From the human T2T-CHM13v2.0 reference genome, Homo sapiens: DNA of 64,000 bases. Of this stretch, positions 59,381-64,000 are shown piece after piece (position 1 is the first letter of the stretch; each line of letters opens with the position of its first letter). The notes beneath the pieces were generated by a model. That model was not told the DNA's origin, did not search any database, and saw nothing but the letters and a program-made list of their open reading frames with translations. The position numbers and the translations under genes are program-made. The DNA is taken from assembly GCF_009914755.1 (NCBI RefSeq), contig NC_060936.1; one strand, given 5' to 3'.

Positions 59381-59587
59381 AAAAATAAATTTAGATAGCC
59401 CCTCTGTATTGCTAGAAAAGTTCTTACCTTTCAGAAATATACACTTTAATACCTATGAATGAAATGATAAGTTTGATTCAAAATAATTTGGTCCTGAGAA
59501 GATAGCATTTAAATGAGGTAAGTTTGGCTATGATGTGAAGATGGATGCAACTTGGTGATGCACTTGATGATGGGTGTTCATGGTGCT

Positions 59588-59889
59588 CTTTTTTTTTTAA
59601 AAAAAAAAAAAGACTGAGTCTCACTCTGTCGCCCAGGCTGGAGTGCAGTGTCACAGTCTCGGCTCACTGCAAGCTCCGCCTCCCGGTTTCACGGCATTCT
59701 CCTTCCTCAGCCTCCTGAGTACCTGGGACTACAGGCACCTGCCTCCAGGCCTGGCTAATTTTTTGTTTTTTTGTTTTTTCAGTAGAGCCGGAGTTTCACC
59801 GTGTTAGCCAGGATGGTCTCGATCTCCTGACCTTGTGATGGGCCTCCCAAAGTGCTGGGATTACAGACGTGAGCCACCGCGCCCGTACC
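59588..59889 (-). mobile_element. AluY-like with T-run/A-run tail junction
   Basis: CAAGCTCCGCC and CACCGTGTTAGCCAGGATGG; TSD atggt(g/a)ctctttt. Confidence 0.9.
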
Positions 59890-59965
59890 ATGGTACTCTT
59901 TTCTGACATTTATGTTTTGAATTTTCTGAAATCAAAAGTAAACAAGCCAATTAAAAAATCCCCAC

Positions 59966-59966
<1 letters not shown>

Positions 59967-60006
<40 letters not shown>

Positions 60007-60015
60007 ACTCACACA
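59967..60015. repeat. (CA)n microsatellite
   Basis: Direct reading. Confidence 0.97.
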
Positions 60016-61699
60016 GAAACCCCTTGTAAGAACTCAGATTTTATTCTGACAATTTCAAGCCTTGACCTGAAGTGCTCTTCCCCTGAAGCCTTTTATGGTT
60101 CGCTCACAAGGGATGATCTGGCCTTCATTTGTATGCAGGTAGTGCTCTGGGCTTCCTTCTCTTGTTTTTGACATTGTGTTGTAATTGCTTAGTCACCTGT
60201 GGAGTGGAATAATATTTTTGAATGAATCTTTTGTTTCCCATATTTCTTCTTATTCCTTGGCCTTTGCCTGATTCAATCAGCTGAGCATTTTGTGTTCGTT
60301 GCCAGCGGGGAATGGGTGATGGAGTAGATAGACAGGGACCAAAAAAGGAGTTGATTCTATTTATTTACCTAGAAGTCGATTTTCAACCTTTGAGTTCCAA
60401 AGCCTGGGCATCCTGGTAATAGGAAGAAACCATGTGGAGTAATAGATTTGGTACAAGTTGTGAGGAGTTAGAGAAGAGCACATTTGTAACCAGAATTCTC
60501 TAGACTGGAGTAAGGGGGAGAAAGGGGAGAGGGAGGGAACATAGCCTAGTGGGAGACAAAAATAGGTGGGATCTAGAGAAAGCCCAGATCTGGAGGGTTC
60601 ACACAGATGGGTCCACAGCCAGCCTCCAGAGAGAGCTTGGCCCCACCTGCCCATCCTCTCGAGTGAGTGTTGCTTGGCATCAGCATCAGGGACCCGAGTG
60701 TGAACAGTTAGCAGCCACAGACGGTCCTGTCCCCATTCCAGTGTGGCTTAAACATCAGCTTAGCTGTCCTTCTCAGTGCTGGGGTCTTTTATTGTGGAGG
60801 AGGGGTGGAGATGGAGGGAATATACGCTGGTAGGAGGCAGAGATAAGTGGGATCTGGGATGGCAGGAGAGACCTGAACTCTGAACAAATTGAGGAATACA
60901 GCCAAGAACTGACAAGGGCTACAGTATCACCATTCTTATTGATAAACTTCAGGATTGGAGATGTAAAATAAAATGGATTTACAGAACCCCAGATGGGAGG
61001 GCCAGATGCACCTCTTTGTCCCACTGGCAGTGCTGGATGAAGGGCAGGCTCTCTCTCTGGGGCTGGTGGAAGGTCCCGTGAGGTTTTTGGCAGCTCCTAC
61101 CACTCATCCTGGCAATCAGGTTTGCTACCAAGAGGAAAAAGGGAGAAGATGACATGAGAATACCTCGTTTGTTCTTCCCAATTTTATCAGATAGAGAAGT
61201 GACTGTGTTCACTCCTGTGATGAGATTGGGCTGGAGAGCCAGCAGTATTACACTGGTAGTGCTTTTCTCAACATGAAAGAAAACGCCAGGAAAGGGAAAG
61301 ACACTCTCCCCTCTAACAGTCTGCAGCCAGCACGTCATTTGTTGCTCATCTGGTAGAATGATACCCACCTGCACAAGACTTTGAGCAATACCCAATCAAC
61401 TGACCCAAGTGAAACCACCACCACCCCCAAATCCCAGGACCCTTGGAATAATGCAGTAGAGACTGCGAGCATTAAGCCCCGAAGGGGCAGTGGTGGCTGT
61501 AGGTGAAACTTTAAATTCTCCTACTTACCCATAAAAGTGGTGAAATTCATTTCTATCACGTATCTTTTTTGTCTTTACCACAAGTGTATAAATACTTTTT
61601 GAGGGCAAAGATGAAGCTTTATTCACGGCTGTATTTGTGTCCATCAAAAAGGAGAGACTCAGCAAATATTTACTGAACTGAATTGTAGTAACACTATAA

Positions 61700-62100
61700 T
61701 ATAGTATCATTTTATTAATGATATTTTAATCAATCAGCCAGATAACCTGATCGCTGTGATCAATCCTTTTTTTCTTATGGATTAATCCCATAATTATAAC
61801 CTCACATATACTCAGTTACAGATTGCCACACATTACCTAATTTTGCCAGTAGATCTTCAAAACAGTTACTGTCTTGCAGTGTTAACAATGACCTCATTCT
61901 CTTAAGTAGTTAAAATAGTTAATGAAGGCTGTTAATTTATGAGTATTTCTTCCCTTTCATGCCCTAGTTATGGAAATTGATTTAAGTGTTCTAACCATAT
62001 TTCTAATTCAATGTATTATTAGCCAGTAAATCAGTCCTTAACTGCTCATGTCACTTTTACAATAGACACACAATTTATCAACTTAATAAAAGAATGTTGT
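61700..62100. promoter_or_regulatory. Candidate enhancer (unique, homeodomain motif cluster)
   Basis: TTAATCAATCA at 61726-61736, palindromic GGATTAATCC at 61779-61788, TAATTA and further TAAT cores. Confidence 0.3.
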
Positions 62101-62204
62101 GCTCAACTATCAACATTTATAGGATTCTAATTTCTAAAATGTAGCTCCCATTTCTCTTCAAGTTGTACAAGTTCTCATGGATATATTTTATCTTGTTTCA
62201 GACA

Positions 62205-62686
62205 TTTGTCAGTTGTTGACTGCTCACACAAATACCCCTTTCTACCTCTGCCCTGATTACATTTAGGAGAATTAATTATCCCCCTTGTGTGAAGTCTTGG
62301 TGGGGTGGTAAATCCACCTATTTGTTTTTCTATTCTGAACTATAAAGGGGAGGCTCCTTCCATAAGATTCTCTTTTTTATCACTCAAGAACAACCAAGAG
62401 GCACATAACATTATTAGAGTCTTGTGTGACTTTAAGTTTTGAGTAAAATTATGCAAGGTCAGAAATAAATTGTTGGGAACTCCTTCATGCCAACCACAGC
62501 ATCTGGACAAGGTTGACAGCAGTTCCTGTTACAAAGACTCTCTAAAGTCACCCGGTTCTATCTGTTTCAAGACTTTTCTTTACAATTTGTGGCTCCCCTA
62601 TAATCTCCCAATTAATCCCTCAATTTGTGTTTCCATTTGCCAAGATAGTTTCTGTTGCTTGCTACCCTAGAACCTTAACTGATTCA
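62205..62686 (+). mobile_element. Old MaLR/MLT1-type LTR
   Basis: TGTCAGTTGTTGAC...TAGTTTCTGTTGCTTGCTACCCTAGAACCTTAACTGATTCA terminus. Confidence 0.45.
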
Positions 62687-63879
62687 TAAAGCTTTGGAGA
62701 AAGCATCATGAAATGAAAGAAACCCTGCGATAAGAGGCCTGGGACATGAACTATAGTTGTAGCTTTACAGTTAACTTGCTTTGAGATCCAGTAGCAGTTC
62801 CCTATCCTTTCAGATTTTAATTTCCTCATTATAATGCTAATAGCCGAGGCAACCTTGAAGCTTCAGTTTTTAAAGCTATACTTTTATGACTTGTGTTGCT
62901 ATTGGTTAGGAACCACTATCAGGATATAGTGATTATATTACAGTGGCTACATTATCAACACTGTGGTTAACTTAAGAACTTTCATAGAAGTTTTACTCGA
63001 TCTTTTAACACACAGGAGTATTCCCGATCTGTTAATCCTTGACTGAGCATTTACTCTGTTGGTCGTCTCTTGGGTGGGGTGACCAGATATTGGAACAGAT
63101 GCCTACAGCAGAGAAAGTAAAGGGGCATGTAATTACCTGTTCTTGGGAAGTATTACCTCAGTTCACTGGGGTGTTTATGACAGAGCTAGCCTCAAAGATG
63201 ATTGATGGGATTTGCTTTAGCTCCAGACAGTAAGAAATGCTGACACATTACATTAATGTTAAAATAAAATCTAGTCAGCAAATACTTACTGTAGGTAAGG
63301 CACCCTCCCTTTGTGAGGCCTCGCCTTTGTTGTAAATTTCAGGATCTCATACACAGTGTCTAATTTGGAAGTGGTTGTCACTGAATGTTTCCTAATATTT
63401 CTAGGCTTTTCCTTGGTTCTGGTATCATCAAAATTGGGCTATTACAATGTAGATTAGTACTTTCAGTGACCCATGGATGGTACTAACACCAACTGCCAAC
63501 TGCTTCGCATTCGAACTAGACTTTGGTTATTACACTTGGTCTGTATTTCACAGCTCAATAACTCAGTAAATAATACTATAGCAACACAGCATTTAAAGGA
63601 AGTTTGACAATTACCCAGGTACTTCTAATGATTTCTAAAATTAATTTGGATACTATAAAATACCTGTGAAATGTACTTTGAGATCACCATGAATGACTGG
63701 TATGCAGTTTGCTTGACTACGAAGGTCAAAGCATATCCAGTTCACTTGGCCTTGTATGGCTGCCTACTTGGCTTAGAGTCTTATCTGAAGCACTTACTTC
63801 AACCAAGCAGATGATTTTCACTTCTCAGCTTCCTGCAATGACTCTCCATCCCATTAAAATAAAAATCAGTAGTTGTAGA

Positions 63880-64000
63880 GTAAGCTGATAGGACCCTCCC
63901 ATGATTTGGTCCTGTTACTTCTCTTGCTTCACTCCTCCCATCTTCCCCTGTTCACCTCATTCTAGCCACACTGGCCATCTTGCTGTTCTTTCTCAGAGAT
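63880..64000 (+). mobile_element. L2 fragment (runs off the window)
   Basis: CCCTCCCATGATTTGGTCCTG...TCTAGCCACACTGGCC.TCTTGCTGTTC. Confidence 0.6.

Noticed and set aside
60979-61395. 138-aa minus-strand ORF in unique sequence
   Set aside because: Non-ATG start, no recognisable domain and no clear exon boundaries; consistent with chance.
61476-61492. GCCCCGAAGGGGC mini-hairpin and weak CTCF-like motif
   Set aside because: Only a 5-bp stem, and three core mismatches to the CTCF motif.

Overview
Human (primate) non-coding genomic DNA, roughly half made of interspersed repeats. Two AluYb8 copies (a human-specific subfamily) indicate Homo sapiens. I found no recognisable protein-coding exon, tRNA, rRNA or CpG island, and I could not identify the locus. 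Most of the supplied ORFs are translations of Alu, L1, LTR or microsatellite sequence. The window holds about 30 Alu copies and many solo LTRs (MER41 x2, THE1B, MER57, MLT1, MER21 x2, MST, MER48, MLT2, MER67), often nested with readable target-site duplications (TSDs). It also holds L1PA/L1M/L2/MIR fragments and a near full-length hAT element (MER45R-like) with a decayed transposase dimerisation-domain remnant. The best leads are: a perfect 18-bp-arm hairpin in unique sequence (19943-19983); a candidate minus-strand terminal exon (about 39.1-41.1 kb); two homeodomain-motif-dense unique blocks (46.7-47.6 kb, 61.7-62.1 kb); a good CTCF motif in an old ERVL LTR; STAT (GAS) and DUX4 motifs in the 5' LTR cluster; and two MIR copies sharing non-consensus changes. 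I see no convincing evidence of a new biological system. Repeat subfamily names come from recalled consensus sequences, not a database search.
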